From Octopus sinensis (Eukaryota): a stretch of DNA of 64,000 nucleotides. Position numbers and translations under genes: made by a program. A model generated the notes under the pieces. It was not told the origin of the DNA, ran no database searches, and saw nothing but the letters and a program-made list of their open reading frames with translations. Positions 24,840-64,000 of this stretch are shown one piece after another. The stretch's first letter is position 1; each line of letters opens with the position of its first letter. Location: positions 45,074,001 through 45,138,000 of the forward strand of contig NC_043008.1 in the NCBI RefSeq assembly GCF_006345805.1. The letters run 5' to 3'.

Positions 24840-26676
24840 ACTTCTCTTCCTCCCACCCAGAACACACCAAGCTTTCCATCCCCTATTCCCAATTCCTCCG
24901 TCTACGTAGGCTCTGTAGTGACGACCATGACTTTGAGACTCAGTCTCAACGTATGGCTCACCACTTCACCCTACGTGGATACCCCCTCACCACTATCCAC
25001 ACCGCCCTTGCCAGAGCACGGTCCGTGGACCGTGTATCTGCTCTCTCTCCCCGAACCCGCCCTGTAGTCTCCCCGCCTCCCTTTTCCCCTCACTTAACAC
25101 CCCACGACCCTACGTCTCCAACGCACCATTCTTCGAGCTTTCCGTCATCTCCAGTCCGACCCGTCCACTTCACACCTCTTCCCTAACCGACCCCTCCCCT
25201 CTTTCAAACGAGCCCACAACCTTCGAGACCTTTTGGTCCATAGCTCCTTCCCTGACCCTACCTCCCAACCCGGCTCGTTCCCCTGCTCCCGCCCACATTG
25301 CCGCACTTGCCCTTACTCTCCAACACCAACCCGCCTCACTAGCACCCACCATCGACCCTATCCCATCATCCACTCCTTCACCTGCACCTCCAGCAATATT
25401 ATCTATTGCATCTCTTGCTCTCTCTGCATTCCTTGTACATCGGACAAACGGACGCCGCTTGGCTGACCGGTTCGCGGAACACCTTCGTGACATCCACCTT
25501 GCGAACGACACACCGGTCTCACGCCATTTCCGCTCCACCGGTCACTCCTTGCAACACCTATCTGTGTTCGGTTTGTCCTTACACAGAGGCCATCCGGATT
25601 CGCGTTTGCGCCGTGAACAGGAATTAATCTTCTCTCTTCGCTCTTATACGCCATTTGGTCTCAACTCTCCCCCCTCCTCGTCTAACCCCCCTCTCCCCCC
25701 TCCTCACCTATCCTTTCTCCCCCCGACCCCTACTTCTTCAGTCCTTCATCCTTTCACCCCTACTCCCCTTCCCTTCTTCCCTCTTTCTCCCTCCCTCTTC
25801 CCCTTCCCTCTGCTCCCTCACTCCCTCTCTCCCCCTCTCCCTCTTTCCTCCTTCATCCCCCTCCTCCCCTTCCTTCTCCCCATCCTCTCCTCTTCCCCCT
25901 TCTCCTCCCCCTCTTCTTCCCCTCCCCTTCTCCCCCTCTTCTCCTTCTCCCCCTCTTCTCCCCTCCCTCTTCTCCCCTCCCTCTTCTCCTCACTACACCA
26001 CATGACTTTATACATCACATCACATATGATGTGCCATACTAATACACACACCAACTAATACATACTAATACGTACTAATACATACTAGTACATACTAATA
26101 CTTACACCACCCTATACATACACACGTCCAGACCCCGCATACGCACTTATACTCTCTCACACACACACACACATACCTATACATACAATACGTACTAATA
26201 CATACTAATACATACTAATACATACACCAACCCCATACATACGCATGTCCAGACCAATCTTACGCACTAATACTCTCTCATACACACACACACACACACA
26301 CACACACCCTTATACATACTAATACATACACCAACACTATACATACACACATCCAGACCCTTCCCACGCACTTTTAGCTGGTCCTCACCCTTTATCAACC
26401 CTATTATCTCCCCTTATTTCGCTCTCGCGTCTCATGTTTGATCTTTGACCTCTGGCCGAAATCAGATCGCCATGTTGATCGTTAGCTACTGCACGCATTT
26501 TTTTTCTCTCCTTCTTTCTGTGTTTTTCTCTCTCTGTGTATCTTTCTGTTGAAGAGCGTAGGCTCGAAACGTTAAAGACTTGTTTTATTTATATTTCCTG
26601 AGCGCCATACTAATACAATTGTTCGTTTGTTTTCCACCTGCCTTCGTCTTTTGTTTATTTTCATAAAGCTTCCCGT
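24840..26676 (+). mobile_element. Penelope-like element 3' portion (RT thumb, Cys linker, GIY-YIG) plus 3' terminal repeat
   Basis: SSSHPEHTKLSIPYSQFLRLRRLCS; CSRPHCRTC; FTCTSSNIIYCISC; LYIGQT; ADRFAEHLRDI; REQELIFSLRSYTPFGLN; frameshifted. Confidence 0.9.
26541..26578 (+). ncRNA. Minimal hammerhead-like motif at the Penelope 3' end (variant core)
   Basis: tcttt CTGTTGA a gagc gtag gctc GAAAC GTT aaaga; the core has U in place of A6. Confidence 0.55.
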
Positions 26677-26790
26677 TATATTATATATATATATATATAT
26701 ATATAATACACTATATATATATACGTACATACATACATAATACATACTACCCATACACACAACACACACACACAAACCACACACACACAC

Positions 26791-26827
<37 letters not shown>

Positions 26828-26892
26828 TACGGAGATGTACTTGCATAGCAAGTGACTTGATCTGAAATCGTGTGTTCGAACGAAAACAATTT

Positions 26893-27172
26893 CTGCGTGG
26901 AAGGTGTTTATAAGCCATTTAAGAAACTCACAAAAACCGTTAGATTCACTTCAACATTTAAATTTAATTTGCCAAAATATTTTCGTCGCTTTGAGACCGC
27001 GACCTGTTCACTGACAAAATTCCGTGCTGCATCTGAGAAAGTAACAGTTAGTTCATGACCATGAACTAATGCGGTCTCAAAGCGACGAAAATATTTTGGT
27101 AAATTAAATTTAAATGTTGAAGAGAATCTAACGGTTTTTGTGTGTGTTAAATGGCTTAAAACACCTTCCACG
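26893..27172. repeat. Inverted repeat element (arms about 26893-27000 and 27071-27172)
   Basis: gcgtggaaggtgttt...aaaaaccgttagattc...tttgagaccgc mirrored by gcggtctcaaag...gaatctaacggttttt...aaacaccttccacgc. Confidence 0.8.
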
Positions 27173-27304
27173 CGCGGCATTTGTTAAATACATATGCATG
27201 TATGTATGTATGTATAAATATATGTATACATTATATATGTGTGTATATATATATATATATGTATATATAATATATATATATAATTATATATATATATATA
27301 TATC

Positions 27305-27337
<33 letters not shown>

Positions 27338-27352
27338 ATATATATATATATA

Positions 27353-28540
27353 CAGTATATTTTCGCGTGTAAGACAATCACCCTAAAAATTTGGGGTCGT
27401 CTTATGCCATCATTCTAAAAATCAAGCTTGTAATTCTAACTGATTTTGTAAGTGGGCTAACCACGACCTCGGTGCGATAACCAGACACACTCGAACAAGT
27501 TAACAAAATACAAAAAATTACAATATAAGCAATAAAAATATTATTACTTCATATATTATTGACATATCTTCATAATAAATAGCCTATTCAAGAGATAATT
27601 CTATATCATTGAGTGCGGCTGAGAAAATGTAAGTATCGAGTTACGGTTGCGCTCATAGTAACCTTTGTCTTTTGCTAACCTTCCAAAAATTTTAATGGTG
27701 ATGTATAACTGTAATAATAACATTTAGAATAACATACTTATATTTTTCATAAATTATTCATCATCATTCGTGTTATAGTATTTGCTGTTACGTGGCTACG
27801 AAACATAACTTAAACTAATAAACTGCGTTCGTTTCGTATTCCACCTGGCCGCTTGTTGCAAATATTCTCAATCCAAATTTTCACACCTCTCTCGTCCATT
27901 CACCCTTTCTCGTGAAAATGAACAAAAACGTCAGGAAGGAAATCTATTTTGGGCTTCGCTTTACGTTTAAAAATAACCATGGGTTTTTATCATGTACCGT
28001 CAGCCATGCAGGATAATACCAATGTAAACTTCGTTTTCTCCTATTCTGTGTTTTTCACGTGCTCTGTTTTTACTCCTTTCAAATCTACCATTTTGTTTCC
28101 CAGCATGGCCAAAGTTTAATGGAGTTTCATCCATATTTCCAATATGAGACCATTGAAACTGATGCCTTTTTCTCAGCAGGATGATGAACTGGTGAAAGCT
28201 GTTTACTTTGTGATCGAGATCTCTCGGGAGTTTTGGGGCGATTATGATTTTCTCCCTTATTACCAGATTTTTTTTCTGTTTTATAAAACAATTGCACCAG
28301 CCTATTGTTGCTTTAAAATCTTTACTTTATTCTTTATAGAATTTAACCCAATTTAGGGCATAAAATTTTATTTTGTTTCGTGTTACATTGTAGCCATCTT
28401 GTCTCTGCTGGAGTACCGATTCCGTTACATTATTTTCCAACTTCTGCCAACGCATTGCACATTTTTGTTTAGGTATTTATCTTAAATTTTCCTCCTCCTT
28501 TCTCCACTCTCGTACCATCTTCTCGGTGACTGAAACAGTA
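27353..28540 (-). mobile_element. Degenerate pogo/Tigger-like DNA transposon
   Basis: Minus strand IGNMDETP...FTLVLSCMADGT..KPMVIFKRK (pogo DDE region, frameshifted); cagtatattttcgcgtgtaagac TIR-like end after TA. Confidence 0.8.
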
Positions 28541-28541
28541 A

Positions 28542-28580
<39 letters not shown>

Positions 28581-28853
28581 TATATATAATGTATGTATGT
28601 ATGTATGTATATATATGTATATATATATATATACATACATCATTATTAGGTTGACTGCAAGAACACCTGTTATTAACTTGTAAACTATTTATGGTATGAC
28701 ATCAGACTATTTGCCTGAAAGTAGGGCACTATCTTTCGGTACACCTATGACTGTGTGGTTTAGAATATCGCTTTCCAACCACGTGGTTTCTGGTTCAGTT
28801 CCACCACGTGGTACCTTGGGCAAATGTCTTCTACAATAATTCTAGCCTGTTGT

Positions 28854-28892
<39 letters not shown>

Positions 28893-28971
28893 TGTATGTA
28901 TGTATGTATGTATGTATGTATGTATGTATGTATGTATGTATGTATGTATTTATTTGTGTGTGTGTGTGTGT

Positions 28972-29015
<44 letters not shown>

Positions 29016-29384
29016 TCTCACATCGCTTAGTAGCCGGTTTGGTTGGTTTGCGTCCCCGTAATGTAGCGAATAGAATAAGTTATCAGACTCGAAACAAGAA
29101 CTGAAATCAATTTGTTCGGGTAAACCCTTCAAAGTAGTACCCCAGCATGGCCAAAGTCCAATGACTGAAACCAGTAAAAGATTTATAGAAATGTGGTTGA
29201 GTGCACAGACACACACACACACGCACACAAAGAATATGAGGGGCTTAGAACGCTGGTAATTATGTTTAGCCCCTTGTGGGCAATAAAGAAATCTATATAT
29301 ATATACGCACCCTGTGTGGAGCCCATTCTTCTACCTTTCCTTTTGCTTGTTTCAGTCAATAGGTTGCATCCATGTTGAATTATT

Positions 29385-29690
29385 GGTCTTTGCTAGCAAC
29401 GAAGACCAATCATTCACTGTATCTAAATGCAATGATAGCTGGTGTGGCACATGCCAATTCATACATTCCGGTCTATATATGAGCACAAAAACCGGAAAAA
29501 ATACTCACAAACGCAAATATGAACTGCAAAATCAGAAATTTGATTTACTGTATCAAATGCCCGAATTGTGAAGAACTATATGTGGGGCAGACTGGAAATG
29601 CACCTTCAGAACGTCCACGTGTGCACCGACAGGCACCGAAAGCAAATTAGAGACCCAGATGTCCGTCAGATACCTTTGAGTATGCTTGGA
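29385..29690 (+). mobile_element. Penelope GIY-YIG fragment
   Basis: KCNDSWCGTCQFI...NLIYCIKCPNCEELYVGQTGN...RVHRQ. Confidence 0.8.
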
Positions 29691-29932
29691 AAATATCTAT
29701 AATAATATATTTCACAAGGGGCTAAACACAGAGGGGACAAACAAGGACAGACAAACGGATTAAGTCGATTACATCGATCCCAGTGCGTAACTGGTACTTA
29801 ATTTATCGACCCCGAAAGGATGAAAGGCAAAGTCGACCTCGGCGGAATTTGAACTCAGAACGTAGCGGCAGACGAAATACGGCTACGCATTTCGCCCGGC
29901 GTGCTAACGTTTCTGCTCACCGCCGCCTAATA

Positions 29933-30419
29933 TCTATAATAATAAATGCCAAAACGAATTTCTGTGTGTCAGTGTGTCACACTTTGAACCCCCACTCTCT
30001 CATTATTCAATGGCATTCCTTCTACTCCTCTTTGTGGGGGTGAGAGTAATAGTAGGTATAGAGAAGGTGAGGGCGGTAGTAGATTGACAGTTGATATGGT
30101 AATAGGGTGACAGTAGTAGTATGAGCTGTAGTTGTGATAGAGGCGGTGACGACGGTGGTGATGGTGGTGGTGTGGTGGTGGTGGTGGTGGTGGTAGCTGT
30201 GGCGGTCAAGCATGACGGTGACAGTAAGCAATGTGAAAGACAGTGGTGATGGTGGTGGAGGGGAAGGCGGCGAAGTCAAAGGTGTTGATGATGGTGGTGG
30301 TGGTGCCAGAAGTCTGAATGGTGTGTGTGTGGCAGTTGTGGTGGCGATGGTGGTGGTGATGGTTGAAAACAATCAACAGAGAGAGAGAGATAGACAGATA
30401 GATAGATTGAGAGAGATAA

Positions 30420-30450
<31 letters not shown>

Positions 30451-30733
30451 GAGAAAGAAAGAAAGAGGTTAGAAAGGAAAAAATTGCACTGACGCCTGAA
30501 TGGGAGGACAAAAAATGTTGTTTATCACGCAGCTTTGCAACAAGTTCCAAATCGACAAACTCTATCACTGTTTTGATGAAAATTGTTCATTGCTTGAAAA
30601 ATATTGGTCAAGCTTAATAAAATTTTAATACGTGCTCAATGCGTGAAGTGTCATTATTGGGCTGAAGGCCCAATGAAGAGCCCTCCACGGGAGCTAGCTT
30701 AAAAGCCGCTCGATAGGGCTGCCTTGAAGCTAG
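29933..30733 (+). mobile_element. Probable non-autonomous Helitron with GT-rich interior
   Basis: a|TCtataataataaatg start; imperfect hairpin then CTAG|t end. Confidence 0.55.
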
Positions 30734-31637
30734 TTTATATTTCCAGTTCACAAACTGCACAGTCCAAGGGAAATCGAGAGAAAAGTCAGAGAAAAGAACT
30801 TTATTGATAAATTCCAACCCAAACTAAATAAACAATAATACTAATACTTAAAGGTACTGCTGCTGCTACTACTACTACTACTATACTACTACTACTACTA
30901 TACTACTACTACTACTACTACAACAACAACAACAACAACAATACTAAAAGTTCTCACGATGACGATAGCAAGAAAATACTAGCTAAGTCAACAGAAAACG
31001 AGTAAAAAAAATCGTATTTAGGGTTTTATTACAGCATTCTATTACCACAGCCACTCCTACCACCACTTCCACCACCACCACCACTTCCACCACCACCACC
31101 ACAATCACCACCACCACTACAACCACCACCACCACCACCACTACCACCATCACCACCATAATAAAGGTGAGGATAATGGTGATGATAATGGTGATGAAGA
31201 TAATTGAAATGTAAAAATTCCTGAGAAATGTTACAATATTTCTAAAAATAGCCAAACAAATATTGCTTTGGCCAGGGTCAAAATACAAGTCTCTTGACAT
31301 GTTCAACAAACCATGACGCCTAAACCAAACACCAATTAACTGAAGTAATTTAGTGAAGCCACACACTGATTGGTCAGAAAACAATTTGCAAAACTTAACA
31401 TTCCGGAGTCTATACAAATGTATTTAAGGCACAAATTTTAGCCATTTCACTACAGTTGTAAATTGGCAAACATAACTGTCACCGCTACTCCATGAACCTG
31501 AATATTGCAGAGTTTAATGCATGAAAGCAGCAGTTCAATCAGAATAGACATTTAATATTCTACAATTTCATTATATTATATCACTTCATTATAAGACTGT
31601 AAATAAAAAGTGAAAATCAAAGTTGGAATTCTTTTGA

Positions 31638-31711
<74 letters not shown>

Positions 31712-31715
<4 letters not shown>

Positions 31716-32164
31716 CTGTAAATATAATTTGTGACAATTATTCAGTAGCCATGATAAATCTCCGAGTTTCGGATGTCGGGGCGGAAACCCACGCCAGCAT
31801 CTCTTCAGTTATCGGGCTATCGGGAAAATGCTATGAAAATGACCGTTAAACAAAGGGAAATTACTGTGTGATTGACGGTTATTAAGACAAAAGAGCTATT
31901 AGAATGACTGCTAAGTAAGGGGAGGGAGTAAAGGTAAGGGAGTAAAAATGTTCATAGTAATCGCGTAAGCGCGCATGTCCATACATACACATGCACACCT
32001 GCACACCCACGTACATGCGCATATATGTATATACTAATCCACCCTCACTTGAAACACACACATGCTCAACCACGCATTCGCCAGCGTGGGTTTCCACCCC
32101 GACATCCGAAACTCGGAGTTTTATCATGGCCACCGAATAATTGTTACATATTATATTTACAGAT
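31712..32164. mobile_element. Inverted-repeat Penelope-like terminal repeat pair with a hammerhead motif (minus, 31753-31813)
   Basis: Arms about 31712-31797 and 32079-32164; minus gataa CTGAAGA gatg...catcc GAAACtcggaGAT ttatc; the plus arm keeps GAAACtcggaGTT ttatc. Confidence 0.65.
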
Positions 32165-32244
32165 AAATTCCTCTATTTACATAATATCGAGGTCTCTTTC
32201 ATTCTTTTGTTGTCTTGCCATTTCTATCAAAATATATATTTTGG

Positions 32245-32613
32245 AAGTACTCTGTCGGTTACGACGACGAGGGTTCCGGTTGATCCGAATCAACGGAACA
32301 GCCTGCTCGTGAAATTAACGAGCACTCCACAGACACGTGTACCCTTAACGTAGTTCTCGGGGATATTCAGCGTGACACAGAGAGTGACAAGTCCGTCCCC
32401 TTGAAATACAGGTACAACAGAAACAGGAAGTAAGAGTGAGAGAAAGTTGTGGTGAAAGAGTACAGCAGGGATCACCACCATCCCCTGCCGGAGCCTCGTG
32501 GAGCTTTTTAGATGTTTTCGCTCAATAAACGCTCACAACGCCCGGTCTGGGAATCGAAACCGCGATCCTACGACCGCGAGTCCGCTGCCTTAACCACTGG
32601 GCCATTGCGCCTC
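32245..32613 (-). mobile_element. tRNA-derived SINE family C
   Basis: Minus head gaggcgcaatggcccagtggtta...gtttcgattcccagacc; near-identical copies at 52060-52447 and 61733-62114. Confidence 0.88.
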
Positions 32614-33573
32614 CTCCATTAGTGGACGGATGAGGGAAATGCGGACATAGGGGCAAAACGAAATTAAAAAGCAGAATAGGGTCTTAGGGCCAGACAGGAG
32701 ATGAAAGTATGGTTAACGTCACGAGTAATATCCCAAAGTATTAGAAACAGGGCAAGGGAGACACAGGCGTGGTTGTGTGGTAAGAAGATTGATTCCAAAC
32801 CACATGGTTCCGGGTTCAGTCCCACTAAATGAAGTCTTGTATATGTATGTATCTTTTTTTGTGTCGAATCATATTTAAAACTTTCGTACACTCTGGGACA
32901 CGAGAAGACCGGTTCTCTGCGGAAATAGTCTCAGGAGAAAATCCTCCTCATTGGGTTGTCATGACTGACGTCATCGTATTGTAAGACAAATGCATTTCTG
33001 CGTCGTTACTATTCAGCATTATAAGTGAATTCAAATGCTTTCCATTGGCAACTGGAATCATAGGTTAAAATAAATTGATCGGGAGTTCAATTCCTGCTTT
33101 CCATCGGTGACCAATTATTTAGAAGAAAAAAAACAAAACAAAAAAAACACAAACAAAAATACTTTTCCTTCGATATTCCACCATAATTAGGAATAAGAAC
33201 TTGTGGCTATCATACTTTTCTTCATGCATTAACCACAAAGGTAAAATGAAGTGAATCGACCTTAAGAGTGTATATTGGTTCCTTTAGGACCAAAGAACAA
33301 AGGCTACGTATAGTAGACTCTTCCACCAAGAAATAGAAAGAAAGTTTTTCCCATCATTCAGTTTCCACTGGCATCGACAGTGGAATATGAGGTCGCTTGA
33401 TTCCAATTAAGAATAGTAACCATAGAACAATCTCAAAAGTCCAAATTATATTCTGTTTGTCATACACGAAACCAATATATTAAAAATAATGCAATCTTAA
33501 TTTCTATTACTTAAATATGTGGCCAACGCCCTTTTAAAATTAAAATAACAATTGATTTCATTTTTAATTATTT

Positions 33574-33738
33574 TTTATTTTTTATGAACATCTCCAAATA
33601 GTAGGGTAGTTATGACAACAGCGAAAGCTGTAACTTCGCTAACGAAGTCCAATAAGGCATTTCACCAACATTTGGAGTTATCTCTCTTTGTTGACCGCAC
33701 TAGACAATAACGTTTGTTAACACCATATTGGGTTTATT
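33574..33738 (-). promoter_or_regulatory. Candidate polyadenylation signals (AATAAA on minus strand at 33733-33738 and 33574-33579)
   Basis: tttatt on plus strand, 350-510 nt past the stop codon, in AT-rich unique sequence; common by chance in such DNA. Confidence 0.3.
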
Positions 33739-34082
33739 CCCTTATCACTGCATTTAATAATTCTGAAGATATTTCTCATATTAAAAACATTGGCAATAGT
33801 AAAAACCGTCAAAGTATTGTTTAAAACAATAGTGAAAATATTGAGAAAAAACCCATGAAAAATGAAATATAAAATACAATTAAAACGTACATTATAAAGA
33901 ATTATAAACACAGGAATTATTAACTTAAGATATGACATTTTAGCAAGATGTATTTTGTGTTTTCCAATTTCATTTCTTAGCTTCAAATTTCTTTTGGTAA
34001 TTAATAACGAAAGCTCAGAAATAAAACCTAAAAAATAAATGTTGCAAATGGCAGCAGATTCTGAGATGACATTCGTAAAAAA

Positions 34083-62692
<28,610 letters not shown>

Positions 62693-64000
62693 CTGAAAAA
62701 GGAAACGAAGAAACAAATTATGAAACGAGACAAAAACAGTCTATGAAAAATTTAGGTATTCATTCTTGCTGTTCTATTTGTGTTCTTCCTGCTCTGTTTG
62801 CGTAAATTTGGCTTAACTACGTTTTAGTCGGTCTATATGTGTTCCGGTTATTGTTTCTGTGGTTGTATAAAAAAAAAAGTTGCAACTTTTGTTGAATTGG
62901 CACAATGGCTTTAACGCAAATTGATATCAGATTTCAAATTTTGGGGAAGAACTTGGCAACTATGACGGTGCCATGAGTTTGGTTATAACAGTTTAAATTT
63001 CATTGGGAATAGTGTTTCATGTTGAAAATGTTCTCTTGGAGGGTGTTCTATCGATGAATCAAGTTATGGTTTTCAGGGATGCGAAAAGAAAAGTTACTAT
63101 TGGCATGATTTGAACTCAGAATTTTAAGAGGTGAAACAAATACGACAATTTTCTTTTTTCCCAACGCCCTAATTGTTCAACCAATTCACAATAACATCCA
63201 ATCAAAGATCATTTCAGGAGAACAACAACATTTAATAAAAATTATAATAGAACCTCTGGGATTTGATATACATGAATAGAGCAACCCTTGGGTTTTGTCT
63301 GTTGATAAAAATACACATCCACCACCACCACCACCACCACCACCACCACCACCACCGATAAAAGGGATCGATAAAACAAGTGCCAGTGAAGTACTGGGGT
63401 TGATATAAACGACTAACCCTATTCCCCAAATTCCAGGCCATAGCAGCAAGGATTATATTGATGGTTACTGTTTGTTTCACAAGCGATGTGAATGTTCCAA
63501 ATGACCAGCATTTAAACATGTTCGAATATTTAAGTGAAACAGAGAGGAAATATGGATGCTCTCTTCTTAGCAACAAAACTACAAGAGATCTTAGCCAACT
63601 ACAAGAGATTACCGCATCTAGAGTTCGTCAATCTGCTGAAGATCTCAGTTAGGTTGGCACGCTCTGTAGCATGGTGGTCTTTAACCAGTTGTCTGTCCTT
63701 TGTATCACGTGATACGCAGGACGTATATTTCCCTGATGTCCATGTATCATATAGGATACACATTTCCATATTTTTTCGACCAGTCAAGTAACAGGAGGCT
63801 TACGAAACGAAAGCTTTAGATTGAACAGAACGTAGGAAATAAGGACTAGCTTTAAGTCAAGAAACAAGCTTTGATTTTTAAAACAAACTTACAACAATGC
63901 TTTCGACGGGCAAAGGGTCAAGAGAGCCGTGCAAGGCATACATGGAGATGCGTCAGCAATATGAGAGTTTGCAATGAGTTCAGGGGGAAATTTAAGGTGC

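Noticed and set aside
63534-63791. Possible first exon of the SLC6 gene
   Set aside because: No convincing ATG-to-donor structure in phase 0 that I could support

Overview
AT-rich, microsatellite-dense animal DNA. The SINE families, Penelope remnants and (AAT)n/(TA)n load resemble an octopus/coleoid cephalopod genome (inference). Almost all ORF-track entries are microsatellite or transposon artefacts. The right half holds one multi-exon gene on the minus strand, which I assembled by hand: 14 exons from 62692 to a stop at 34083, all GT-AG, consistent phases, about 640 codons. It encodes an SLC6 Na+-dependent amino-acid transporter with nutrient-amino-acid-transporter (NAT)-like signatures; any earlier exon lies outside the window or was not recognised. 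The left half has no recognisable host exons. The most striking structure is at 9.6-12.9 kb: a ~530-bp tandem repeat arranged as two head-to-head inverted arrays, where every complete unit carries a type I hammerhead ribozyme (retrozyme-like). At least five further hammerhead families occur in Penelope-like terminal repeats across the window, including a tRNA-headed element inside the SLC6 gene. The rest is mariner, pogo, Helitron, CR1, RTE, R4/Dong-like and SINE relics. All coordinates and alignments were read by eye; no database search or folding program was run.
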